Positions 42,222 through 51,964 of a stretch of 64,000 nucleotides of DNA are shown one piece after another. Position 1 is the stretch's first letter. Each line of letters opens with the position of its first letter. The notes beneath the pieces are model-generated. The model was given only the letters and a program-made list of their open reading frames with translations. It made no database searches and was not told the origin of the DNA. Made by a program: the position numbers and the translations under genes. This DNA comes from a bacterium (GTDB lineage Bacteria > Bdellovibrionota_C > UBA2361 > CALJRW01): NCBI GenBank assembly GCA_031385045.1, contig JANNBC010000021.1, forward strand, positions 1 to 64,000, written 5' to 3'.

Positions 42222-43589
42222 TTAAAAAAACATTGCTAGTCCCTGGGAGATCTTTTTCTTAACACCCTTATAAAAAACAGTAGCACTGGTATAATTAGAC
42301 TTTAAAGTTTTAGAGCTTTGTAGTGTCGGCCCAGTATAAATTTGTCTTGGTCGAGCAATAGTCTGATTTGGTTCTTCGACCATTTCTTTCCACTGTGCTA
42401 TCCATCCTGGCAATCTGCCAAGAGCAAACATTACAGTAAACATATTTGTTGGAATCCCGATTGCTCGGTACATAATTCCAGAGTAAAAGTCGACGTTTGG
42501 ATAAAGTTTGCGTTCTACAAAATAAGGATCACTTAGCGCTGCTTCTTCTAGTCTTTTGGCAATCTCTAAGATTGGATCATTGATCCCAAGTTTTTCCAGT
42601 AATTCATCACAAGCTTTTTTAATAATCTTAGCTCTCGGATCGTAGTTTTTATAAACACGATGACCAAAACCCATTAATTTAAAGCTGTCGTTTTTATCCT
42701 TAGCTCGATCGATAAATTTCTGGAATCCACCACCATCTGCTTGAATCTCTTCTAGCATTTCAATTACTTTTTGATTGGCTCCGCCATGGAGTGGTCCCCA
42801 AAGAGCACAGATACCAGCAGAAACTGAGGCATATAAGTTTGCTTTGGAGGATCCTACCATTCTGACAGTTGAAGCTGAGCAGTTCTGTTCATGATCGGCA
42901 TGCAGAATAAATAATAATTCCATAGCCTTTTTAACCTCTGGCAGGATGACATAATCATCTAGCGGAGTTGTGAACATCATGTGTAAAAAGTTCTCGATAT
43001 AGTCGTAGTCATTACGAGGATAAATAAATTTTTGACCAACGGAGCGTTTATAGGCAAAAGCTGCCAGAACTCTAACTTTAGAAAGTAGATGGGTAATGAT
43101 TAAATTACGATCCTCCTCAGTTGTTGCCACGTTCGGCATTAGTAACTCAGGATTAAATGCGGAAAGTGAGCAGACCATGGAAGAGAGAATTCCCATCGGA
43201 TGAGCAGCGCGAGGGTAGGCGCTGAAAAACTCTTTCATGTCTTCATGAATTAGTGAGTACTTACGAATCTGAGTTCTAAATTTTTCTAACTGCTCTTTCT
43301 TTGGAAACGAACCGTAGATTAATAGGTAGGCAACTTCAATGAAAGTTGATTTTTCTGCTAAGTCTTCAATCGCGTAACCACGATGACGAAGAATTCCATT
43401 TTCGCCATCAATATAGGTAATCGAGGATAAGCAGGAGCCAGTATTACCATAGCCTGGATCTAATGTAATATAACCAGTCTGTGAACGAAGTTTGCTAATG
43501 TCAATTGCGTGCTCATTTTCTGAGCCAATAATGATTGGTAATTCAATTTCTTGTTTGTCTGGGAGAATTAATTTGGCTGTTTTTGTCAT
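42222..43589 (-). CDS. gltA: Citrate synthase
   Basis: HADHEQN, GPLHGGAN, GFGHRVY, PNVDFYSG, RPRQIY. Confidence 0.97.
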   Translation of the reverse strand: MTKTAKLILPDKQEIELPIIIGSENEHAIDISKLRSQTGYITLDPGYGNTGSCLSSITYIDGENGILRHRGYAIEDLAEKSTFIEVAYLLIYGSFPKKEQLEKFRTQIRKYSLIHEDMKEFFSAYPRAAHPMGILSSMVCSLSAFNPELLMPNVATTEEDRNLIITHLLSKVRVLAAFAYKRSVGQKFIYPRNDYDYIENFLHMMFTTPLDDYVILPEVKKAMELLFILHADHEQNCSASTVRMVGSSKANLYASVSAGICALWGPLHGGANQKVIEMLEEIQADGGGFQKFIDRAKDKNDSFKLMGFGHRVYKNYDPRAKIIKKACDELLEKLGINDPILEIAKRLEEAALSDPYFVERKLYPNVDFYSGIMYRAIGIPTNMFTVMFALGRLPGWIAQWKEMVEEPNQTIARPRQIYTGPTLQSSKTLKSNYTSATVFYKGVKKKISQGLAMFF

Positions 43590-43695
43590 GATTCTTGATT
43601 TTAGACAGTATATATCTATGATGCAAAATGATCATTAGAATGTTCATTCTAGTATAATGATTAGAGACGAAAAGAACAATCAATAATTGCATAAA

Positions 43696-44181
43696 ATGGA
43701 CAAAAAAGACTATATCACCCCATCTGGCTATAAAAAATTACAGGATGAGCGGAACCATTTATACAAAATCGAGCGGCCGGAAGTGACAGCAACTGTTGCT
43801 TGGGCAGCATCTAATGGGGATCGCTCGGAAAATGCTGACTATCAATATGGTAAGCGAAGGCTCCGCCAAATCGATAAACGACTAGAATTTCTAGTGAAGA
43901 AAATTGATTCACTACTGGTTGTAGACCCAGAAAAAATTATTTCCGATCAAGTACTTTTCGGTGCAACTGTCCAAATTTTAAATGATCTAGATCAGGCAAA
44001 GACCTTCTCGATAGTTGGGGTAGATGAGGTTGATGTTCTAAAAGGTAAGATTTCTTGGAAGTCTCCCTTGGGGGCAGCTTTATTAAAAGCTAAAGTAGGG
44101 GATTATGTTACATATCGAGCTCCATCAGGAGAACAGGAAGTAGAAGTTCTTTCAATCAATTATCAAAAAATTGCTGAATAA
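43696..44181 (+). CDS. greB: Transcription elongation factor GreB
   Basis: WAASNGDRSENADYQYGKRRLRQIDKR, ISWKSPLG. Confidence 0.95.
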   Translation: MDKKDYITPSGYKKLQDERNHLYKIERPEVTATVAWAASNGDRSENADYQYGKRRLRQIDKRLEFLVKKIDSLLVVDPEKIISDQVLFGATVQILNDLDQAKTFSIVGVDEVDVLKGKISWKSPLGAALLKAKVGDYVTYRAPSGEQEVEVLSINYQKIAE

Positions 44182-44459
44182 TTAAAATATAGGACAGTTT
44201 TTCGATTAAATCTCGTCGGAATCAATTGAAATTACCTAGGTTTGAAATAAATTCTATGCTGGCATTGGATTAGGAGATTTTTTCGTTTTATAGTAATGTT
44301 CACCGCCACTTATAGTGCCTAGAGGGGGAATGGGTAGTTCTTAAATAACTTATTCCGTTGTAACTTATTTCCAGAAAAGTTGGAAAATGTTTGGTTGGCA
44401 CTATGTTTGTTGTTTATTGTTCTAATTTATGGCTCAGCCAAACCTATTAAATTTATATA

Positions 44460-45905
44460 ATGTCTGAGAGTTCCAATACCACAATTGATCGTTTTACGAG
44501 TAAAGAATACGAATATGGTTTTAATACTGAACTTGAGACAGACTCTATCGCTCCAGGTTTAAATGAAGATGTCATTCGCTTAATCTCCGCTAAGAAAAGT
44601 GAGCCAGAATACATGCTCACTTGGCGCTTAAAAGCTTTTGAGCGCTGGAAAAAAATGAAAGAACCAGAATGGGCTTTTATTAAATACCCTCCAATTAATT
44701 ATCAAGATATTATTTACTATTCTGCACCAAAGAAATTAAAGTTAAATTCACTAGACGAATTAGATCCAGAAATCTTGAAAACTTATGAGAAGCTGGGGAT
44801 TCCGATTAATGAACAAAAGCGTATGAATGGTGTCGCTGTTGATGCCGTTTTTGATTCGGTCTCGATTGCTACAACTTTTAAAGCAGAACTTGAAAAACAC
44901 GGAGTGATTTTTTGTTCTATCTCTGAAGCTGTGCGGGAATATCCGGATCTTATTAAACAGTATCTTGGAACAGTTGTGCCAGTTGCCGATAATTACTTTG
45001 CTTGCCTTAATGCCGCAGTTTTTACAGATGGTACTTTTGTTTACATTCCCAAAGGTGTCCGTTGCCCGCTAGAGCTCTCCACTTATTTTCGAATTAATGC
45101 TGAAAATACTGGACAATTCGAGCGTACCTTAATTATTGCTGATGAGGATAGTTATGTTTCTTATCTAGAAGGGTGCACTGCTCCAATGCGAGATACAAAT
45201 CAATTACATGCCGCAGTAGTTGAACTCTATGCCCATAAGAATGCTCAGATTAAATATTCTACCATTCAAAACTGGTATCCAGGAGATAAAGATGGAAAGG
45301 GTGGGATTTATAATTTCGTTACTAAGCGCGGTATTTGTGCTGGTGCTCATTCCAAGATTTCTTGGACACAAGTGGAGACAGGTTCGGCCATTACTTGGAA
45401 ATATCCTAGCTGTATTCTTAAGGGGGATAATTCTGTAGGTGAATTCTATTCCGTAGCCTTAACTAATAATTATCAACAAGCTGATACTGGGACAAAAATG
45501 ATCCATATTGGAAAAAACACTACCAGTACAATTGTTTCTAAGGGAATCTCTGCAGGTTTTGGGCAAAATTCCTATCGTGGTTTAGTTGAAATTAAGCCAT
45601 CCGCAGACAATGCTCGTAATTATTCACAATGTGATTCAATGTTAATGGGGGATCGTTGCGGCGCACATACTTTCCCATATTTAGAAATTAAAAATCCGAC
45701 TGCCAAGGTTGAGCATGAAGCTACGACATCCAAGATTGGCGAAGATCAAATTTTTTATTGTAATCAGAGAGGGATTCCTACTGAAGATGCCGTGTCAATG
45801 ATTGTACATGGATTTTGTAAAGAAGTTTTTAAAGAGCTTCCAATGGAATTTGCTTTAGAGGCCAGGCAGTTATTACAAATTAGCTTAGAAGGCAGTGTTG
45901 GTTAG
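44460..45905 (+). CDS. sufB: Fe-S cluster assembly protein SufB
   Basis: [31 protein letters not shown]. Confidence 0.97.
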   Translation: MSESSNTTIDRFTSKEYEYGFNTELETDSIAPGLNEDVIRLISAKKSEPEYMLTWRLKAFERWKKMKEPEWAFIKYPPINYQDIIYYSAPKKLKLNSLDELDPEILKTYEKLGIPINEQKRMNGVAVDAVFDSVSIATTFKAELEKHGVIFCSISEAVREYPDLIKQYLGTVVPVADNYFACLNAAVFTDGTFVYIPKGVRCPLELSTYFRINAENTGQFERTLIIADEDSYVSYLEGCTAPMRDTNQLHAAVVELYAHKNAQIKYSTIQNWYPGDKDGKGGIYNFVTKRGICAGAHSKISWTQVETGSAITWKYPSCILKGDNSVGEFYSVALTNNYQQADTGTKMIHIGKNTTSTIVSKGISAGFGQNSYRGLVEIKPSADNARNYSQCDSMLMGDRCGAHTFPYLEIKNPTAKVEHEATTSKIGEDQIFYCNQRGIPTEDAVSMIVHGFCKEVFKELPMEFALEARQLLQISLEGSVG

Positions 45906-45941
45906 TTGGTGCTCAGTGAAATAAGTTTTGAAGGATAGAAA

Positions 45942-46697
45942 ATGTTAAGCATTAAAAATTTAGAAGTTAAAATTGAAGATAAGCAAATTATCAAAGGATT
46001 AAATCTGGAAGTAAAAGCTGGGGAAGTTCATGCCATTATGGGACTTAATGGTTCTGGAAAAAGTACCTTAGCTAATGTTTTGGCCGGTCGTGATGGCTAT
46101 GAAGTGACTGCCGGCTCAGTTGAGTTTATGGGGAAGGATCTTTTAGAGCTTGCCCCAGAAGAACGGGCTGGCGAAGGGATTTTTTTAGCATTTCAGTATC
46201 CGGTAGAATTACCTGGTGTCCTAGGTAGTTATTTTCTTCGTACCGCCTATAATTCTATTCAAAAATATCGCGGTTTGGTGGAGGCAGGAGTTAAGGAGTT
46301 TAGCGAGCTTCTGCAATCTAAGCTTAAATTGTTAGAATTCGATCCTTCTTATTTAGCGCGTGCTGTAAATGAAGGATTCTCTGGTGGCGAAAAGAAAAGA
46401 AATGAAATTTTTCAAATGGCCTTGCTTAATCCCAAGCTAGCAATTCTTGATGAAACTGATTCTGGTTTAGATATTGATGCTTTAAAAATTGTCTCTGCCG
46501 GGGTTAATGCCATTACTGCTAGCGATCCAGAAAAGGCAGTAATTGTCATTACTCACTACCAAAGACTACTTAATTATATTCAACCTGATTTTGTTCATGT
46601 GATGATTGATGGTCAGATTGTTAAATCTGGTGGAAAGGAATTAGCTCTACAATTAGAAGAGAAAGGTTATAACTGGTTAAAGGCCGACGCAGCTTAG
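45942..46697 (+). CDS. sufC: Fe-S cluster assembly ATPase SufC
   Basis: GLNGSGKST, FSGGEKKRNE, LDETDSGLD. Confidence 0.97.
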   Translation: MLSIKNLEVKIEDKQIIKGLNLEVKAGEVHAIMGLNGSGKSTLANVLAGRDGYEVTAGSVEFMGKDLLELAPEERAGEGIFLAFQYPVELPGVLGSYFLRTAYNSIQKYRGLVEAGVKEFSELLQSKLKLLEFDPSYLARAVNEGFSGGEKKRNEIFQMALLNPKLAILDETDSGLDIDALKIVSAGVNAITASDPEKAVIVITHYQRLLNYIQPDFVHVMIDGQIVKSGGKELALQLEEKGYNWLKADAA

Positions 46698-46720
46698 TTA
46701 CCAGACAATAAAGTATTACT

Positions 46721-47986
46721 ATGAGTTTTGAAAATAAGATCAGCAAATTTTACCAGGAGCTTCAGTTGCACAGTCAGCTTAGCTACCGCCATTTTCGAGA
46801 GGACTCTTGGAAGGCTTTTCTTGAAGTTGGTTTGCCAATCAAAACGGAAGATTGGAAATATACAAATCTAGCACCACTTAATGAGCTAAACTTTAATGGA
46901 GGTTTAGCTGAGATTAACCTAGCGCAATTTGTTAAGGAAAATATTTTATTAGCTAATTATTTGGTTGTTGTAGATGGGCGAGTAAACTTAGAGCTTAGTA
47001 ATTTACCTAAAGATAATCTTTTAGAAATAAAATTATTAGAGAAAAACTCGGAGCAGGAGTCCGTTAATACCAATACTCTAGGTAGTCTACAAAAATTTGC
47101 TCCGGCAGATTTTCAATCTTTAAATTCTGCCTTATTTGAGGACGCGGTAATCCTGACTTTTAAGCAAGGGTTTTCCTTAGATGCGGGACTTCAGGTTATT
47201 AATATTTCAACTGCTAATTTCTCGGCTCCCAGAATTTTTTACAAGTTAAATACAGGTGTTGCCTTAGAAATAGTTGAATCCTATTTCTCGATCGGAGAAG
47301 ACTTGCGCTTGGTTTGTCCAGTTGCCGAATACTTTTTAGATCAAAATGCCGAGCTGAAAGTTTATAAGATTATTTCTGAAGCTAAGAATACTTATCATAT
47401 TTCGAATCAAATCTCCCAATTGGCTAAGGATAGTCGATTCTTTTGTTATACCTTTAATTTAAATAATGGTGTCACACGAAATAACTTATTAAGTCGGCTA
47501 GTTGGTACTGGAGCTTTTAGCTCATTAATTGGTTTAAATGTAGTTGGTAATCAAGAGCATGTTGATAACTTTACGGTGCTTGATCATGTGGCGCCTCATT
47601 GTGAGTCCTATGAGCTTTATAAAAGCGTTCTCGGACAACAAGCCAAAACGGCCTTTAATGGGACGATTATTGTCCAGCAAGATGCTCAAAAAACTAATGC
47701 AATTCAGTCTAATCAAAGTCTCTTACTGTCAGCAGAGGCCCAAAGTTTTGCTAAACCTCAGTTGAAAATTTGGGCTGATGATGTGAAGTGTACCCATGGA
47801 GCAACATTTGGGAATTTAGATACTGATGCCTTGTTCTATTTGAGATCAAGGGGGCTTGCAGAATCTGAAGCTCGACGACTGCTAGTTGAAGCTTTTGCTG
47901 GCGAAGTGACTGCTCAAGTCAAGAATCTAGTAGTTCGTAGTTTTCTTGAAAAAAAGATCTTTCAAAAGCTAGTTGATATTTTTTAA
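46721..47986 (+). CDS. sufD: Fe-S cluster assembly protein SufD
   Basis: EDWKYT, KPQLKIWADDVKCTHGA, FYLRSRG. Confidence 0.93.
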   Translation: MSFENKISKFYQELQLHSQLSYRHFREDSWKAFLEVGLPIKTEDWKYTNLAPLNELNFNGGLAEINLAQFVKENILLANYLVVVDGRVNLELSNLPKDNLLEIKLLEKNSEQESVNTNTLGSLQKFAPADFQSLNSALFEDAVILTFKQGFSLDAGLQVINISTANFSAPRIFYKLNTGVALEIVESYFSIGEDLRLVCPVAEYFLDQNAELKVYKIISEAKNTYHISNQISQLAKDSRFFCYTFNLNNGVTRNNLLSRLVGTGAFSSLIGLNVVGNQEHVDNFTVLDHVAPHCESYELYKSVLGQQAKTAFNGTIIVQQDAQKTNAIQSNQSLLLSAEAQSFAKPQLKIWADDVKCTHGATFGNLDTDALFYLRSRGLAESEARRLLVEAFAGEVTAQVKNLVVRSFLEKKIFQKLVDIF

Positions 47987-48017
47987 GTTGGGTCTACTAT
48001 TCGTCTTTTGGCTAGAT

Positions 48018-48100
48018 CCTTCGCGCTTTACGATTCGGAAGTTAAACCCGCTGGTCGCTACTATAGTCATACTGTATTTTATAATTTCCTATCGTAAATT
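48018..48100 (+). repeat. Dispersed ~84-bp intergenic repeat, copy 1
   Basis: Shares ccttcgc, gttaaacccgctggtc, tatagt and tttataatttcctatcg.aaatt with 53601-53684. Confidence 0.75.
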
Positions 48101-48137
48101 ATTTATTGTTGATGCCGATAGTTAACTTGCTCTATTC

Positions 48138-50351
48138 TTAATGCAAGAATCTTTTAATTCTTGTAAGCATTAATTTATAAGAAGTATCTTTGCTAATAAA
48201 ATCACTTGCGCCTAATTCGAATAACATGGCTTCGTTATCTTCAGTATCAATCGCCGTTAACATTACTACTGGTATTCTTTGAAGATCTAGATCTTTCTTG
48301 GCTGAAATTAAAAAATCTTTACCATTCATGATCGGCATTTCGTAGTCACAGAGAATAACATCAGGTTGAAAACTCTTAGCTTCTGCTAAGCCCTCTTTGC
48401 CATTAATGGCCTCTTTCACTTCAAATAAATTACTTTTTAACATGACACTTAACAAATACCGGGCATCGTCACTATCATCAATTACTAGAATTTTTGGTTT
48501 AGCGATCGACTGCGAAGGAATGCGAGTTTCCAAACGCCGCATTGTTGATTCACTACTTGCAATTGCCTCAGTGCGATTATCAGCAGATTGATCTAATTCT
48601 TTTTGACGGATAATATTTTGGGCTTCAATCCTAATTTTATTCACTTCCTCAACGGAAATTGATATGGTCTTTGGTCGTGCCCGCTCAGCTTCGGCACTTT
48701 GTTCAATAATATAAGGTAGTGCTTCCTCTAAAGAGGTTGTGCCATCAGTTAGTAAATCAGCGGCAGCTTCGTGAAGATCACGAAAGCCAGCTTCTTTTGC
48801 TGTGGAAATTACCTGCGTTAAGCTGGCACTATTAAAAATTAAACCAGCAATTTCACTAGTAATCCTAAGGAAACTATAAATACCAACTCGTCCCTTATAG
48901 CCACTACCATTACATTTATGACAACCTTTGCAGGTGTACATAATAGAGTTCTCGACATCAAAGCCAGAGAAATTCAAAGCATTTTGATACTTGATATATT
49001 CAATCTTAGGAAGTGGAACCTTACAGTCGTTGCACAGTCGTCTGACAAGACGTTGTGCTAATACTCCCGCTAAATTGGCAGCGATCATGGAACAGTCAAT
49101 TCCTAAGTTTAATAATCGAGTCACAGCAGATGGTGCAGAGTTAGTGTGTAAAGTTGAAAGAACTAAGTGACCAGTATCAGCTGCTTGTAGGGCGATCTTT
49201 GCTGTCTCCGCATCGCGAATCTCCCCAATCATAATAACATCAGGATCTTGTCGTAAGATCGATCGTAACGCGGCTACGAAATCCACGCCGATGTTATGAT
49301 TAATTTGAATTTGGTTAATACCCTGAATTGTTTGTTCGATTGGATCTTCTACTGTTTGAATATTTCCAGCAGTCTCTTGGCAGAACTTTAGGCAGGTATA
49401 TAAAGTTGTTGTTTTACCTGAGCCAGTTGGTCCAGTTACTAACATTAATTTACCAGTAGAAGATAATATATCTTTCATCTGATTTTCTAAAGCTGGATAT
49501 AGTCCTAGCGTAGAGAATTTTAATGAATCATAGTTGGACTTTAAAATCCTCATTACGATCTTTTCGCCATAAGGGGTTGGTAGAGTAGATACCCTCATGT
49601 CATATTTTTCTTTACCAATACCAATTCGTAATTTACCATCCTGGGGACGACGTCGTTCTGAAATATCTAAGCCAGCAAGGATTTTAATTCTACTGGCGAT
49701 GTTGTTTTTTAGTTCAGCATCAAACTCCATGAATTCTTCCATGGTTCCATCAATTCGAAGACGCACTTTCACAACTTCTTGTTTCGGTTCAATATGAATA
49801 TCACTAGCATCTCTAGTGACACCACCAGCCAGAATTTCATTGCAAATTCTAATCGCGGGAGCATCATTTTTATCCAGACCCTCTTCTTCTCCATCACGTT
49901 CCGCAACTACATTAAGGTGGGAGTTTTTTTTCTTTAAGATTTCTAGAATTTTAAGTTCATCAGCAAGAACTAGTTCTATATCTTTGGCATATTCAAATTT
50001 AAGCCAATTCTTTATTTCGTAATCTAATGGGTTGCAACAGGCAACAATTAAAGTTTGGCCATGGTCAATAATTGGCAAGCATTTTTTCTCAATAAGCTGA
50101 TCAAGTTCAACGCGGTGAATCAGACGATCAATCATTAATTGATTTTTAACCTCTTCCGAGTCTAAATCATAGAAGTCTATATGGAATTCTTTGGCTAAGG
50201 CTTCATAAGCTAAGTCCTTATCTAAAAATTTATTTTCATCTAAGTAGCGGATTAATCCACGCTCATCCTTTTCAATTTCCTCAAAGTCAGGGACAAAGGG
50301 AATCATTCGAAGCTTAAATAAGATTTTTGCGAGGTTAAATTTATTACTCAT
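48138..50351 (-). CDS. PilB/GspE-family ATPase with C-terminal response-regulator receiver domain
   Basis: ASDIHIEP, RPQDG, GPTGSGKTTT, LRQDPD, STLHTN, CxxC/CxxC; C-terminal LVIDD...LCDYEMP...MLT...FISK. Confidence 0.92.
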   Translation of the reverse strand: MSNKFNLAKILFKLRMIPFVPDFEEIEKDERGLIRYLDENKFLDKDLAYEALAKEFHIDFYDLDSEEVKNQLMIDRLIHRVELDQLIEKKCLPIIDHGQTLIVACCNPLDYEIKNWLKFEYAKDIELVLADELKILEILKKKNSHLNVVAERDGEEEGLDKNDAPAIRICNEILAGGVTRDASDIHIEPKQEVVKVRLRIDGTMEEFMEFDAELKNNIASRIKILAGLDISERRRPQDGKLRIGIGKEKYDMRVSTLPTPYGEKIVMRILKSNYDSLKFSTLGLYPALENQMKDILSSTGKLMLVTGPTGSGKTTTLYTCLKFCQETAGNIQTVEDPIEQTIQGINQIQINHNIGVDFVAALRSILRQDPDVIMIGEIRDAETAKIALQAADTGHLVLSTLHTNSAPSAVTRLLNLGIDCSMIAANLAGVLAQRLVRRLCNDCKVPLPKIEYIKYQNALNFSGFDVENSIMYTCKGCHKCNGSGYKGRVGIYSFLRITSEIAGLIFNSASLTQVISTAKEAGFRDLHEAAADLLTDGTTSLEEALPYIIEQSAEAERARPKTISISVEEVNKIRIEAQNIIRQKELDQSADNRTEAIASSESTMRRLETRIPSQSIAKPKILVIDDSDDARYLLSVMLKSNLFEVKEAINGKEGLAEAKSFQPDVILCDYEMPIMNGKDFLISAKKDLDLQRIPVVMLTAIDTEDNEAMLFELGASDFISKDTSYKLMLTRIKRFLH

Positions 50352-50359
50352 TATCTATA

Positions 50360-50387
50360 ATATCGGAGTGTTAATTTATTTACATTA
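50360..50387 (-). promoter_or_regulatory. Sigma-28/FliA-like promoter, probably giving a near-leaderless mRNA
   Basis: TAAT-N16-TCCGATAT, 8 nt before the ATG. Confidence 0.4.
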
Positions 50388-50688
50388 GTCATTTAAGCTA
50401 ATTTATTAAGTAAGATTAGAGAATGTTTGCAAAACCTTACGTTCTAGGGCTAATCGTATATTACTAGCAATCAATTAATCCAAAAAGATAATAAAACCAT
50501 CCGTTCTTAAGATATCCTTTAGAAAATAAGCGATTCATATTTTTAGGAACTTTTAATGCTTATCCTTCCGGTTAGAGTGGGAATCAGATAGTAGAAATTA
50601 TTCCTAATATAGACCATTGAAATATAAAGACTTTTGGAGATTATCTTGATGCTCAATTTGCAAAGTTAGGTTATGGGGGATTATAGAT

Positions 50689-50726
50689 AAAAAAAGGGGA
50701 CATTGGTTTTGACGCCAATGTCCCCT
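50689..50726 (-). terminator. Intrinsic terminator ending a non-coding minus-strand transcript
   Basis: AGGGGACAUUGG-N8-CCAAUGUCCCCU followed by a U-run (A7 at 50689-50695 on +). Confidence 0.85.
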
Positions 50727-51330
50727 AAATTCGAATTTCGATCAGTCTAAACTGCAAGAATAGTGGTTAGCTAAACTTGAGGGCAGAGTATAAATTATAT
50801 TATTAATTAGCTTCGAAGCGTTTTTAATGCGCTCTGACTGGTAGCTAAAAAATCAATTTATAATAAATTAAGTTAATCAGACTCAAGTTCGGAGTTACTT
50901 GTAAGTATTGATTCCTGACAATACCATGCTAGTCTTCGATATTCTTTTCTATTGCTCTAACAAAAGCAGTTTCCTAGCTTTTAGTTATTATTTACAGGGC
51001 ACTCAGTCGCACTGTAATCTATTAAACACTATGCAAGTTAAGTGTTTGTTCCTTCGGTAGTACTACCTTAGAGTATAGCGTCCTTGCAGACTAACTCTTG
51101 GAACTGTGCTGTGTTTTGTTTGATAAACCGACAAACAATTGTTAAAAATTTAATTTTAACTAGCACCACAAAATTAATTGTGTCTGAAAATTTTTTTCAG
51201 ATTTCGTTTTAGCCACTAAGTTCTCAGGCTTAGTAAAGCTCTAGTAGTTATTTTGAGAAATAACCACTAATTAACGATGGCAATTAATATCTTTATTAAT
51301 TTAATTCTTCTGACCCAGATCTCTATATGA
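50689..51330 (-). ncRNA. Candidate large structured non-coding RNA (~600-640 nt), family unassigned
   Basis: No ORF of 60 aa or more; more than 10 hairpins, multi-way junctions, complementary loops; G-U wobbles favour the minus strand; terminator at 3' end; possible TTAACT-N17-TATAAC promoter with -10 at 51341-51336. Confidence 0.6.
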
Positions 51331-51540
51331 ATCTAGTTATATTCCAATTAAAATGTTAAGTTAAGCAAAAAGTAAGAAGAAGATTTTTTTTATTTTTTAG
51401 ACTTGCTAGCTTTAAGTTTGTTAAATTTTCTCTTAGGTGGAAAGGCTAGCTAACTTCCTTAATTCCTCCAGCTTCCAATTCAATCTGCTTGAAGTAAGGA
51501 CATTAGGATATTTTAATGATTTTAAAACATTGTTTTGAAA

Positions 51541-51954
51541 ATGAGTGATATTTTTAGATTCCACCAATACCAAGAGACAACAGAGAACATTCAAGTCTCA
51601 GTGACGCCACAGTTTTTGCCTGAAGAATCTAGTATTATCAATAAGTTATATACATTTTCATATTTAATCAATATTGAGAATTTACGATCTGAAACAATTC
51701 AGCTAGTTAGCCGTCATTGGTTGATTTATGAGAATCAAACACTGACTGATGAGGTTAAAGGTGAGGGCGTTGTTGGTGAGCAACCAATTATTGAGCCACG
51801 AGGGGTTTATGAGTATCGTAGTTATGTTCAAATAGGTTCAGTTTACGGACAGATGCAAGGAAGTTATCAGTTTCTTAGACCCAATAAATCCATGATTGAA
51901 GCGAAAATTCCAATTTTTGATTTAGTATATTTAGATAAAAATTTTATTCATTAG
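51541..51954 (+). CDS. apaG: ApaG (Co2+/Mg2+ efflux-associated DUF525 protein)
   Basis: QLVSRHWLI, VKGEGVVGEQP, GQMQGSY. Confidence 0.93.
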   Translation: MSDIFRFHQYQETTENIQVSVTPQFLPEESSIINKLYTFSYLINIENLRSETIQLVSRHWLIYENQTLTDEVKGEGVVGEQPIIEPRGVYEYRSYVQIGSVYGQMQGSYQFLRPNKSMIEAKIPIFDLVYLDKNFIH

Positions 51955-51964
51955 TTTATTTTCA

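Noticed and set aside
44460..47986. sufBCD without adjacent sufS/sufE
   Set aside because: Split suf loci are common; the genes may be elsewhere in the genome
50689..51330. tmRNA, RNase P RNA, tRNA or c-di-GMP-I riboswitch as the identity of the structured region
   Set aside because: No tRNA-like ends or tag ORF, no GAGGAAAGUCC, no cloverleaf; only fragments (GGACGC, UACCGAAGG) resemble the c-di-GMP-I consensus, without the GCAAAC/GAAA elements
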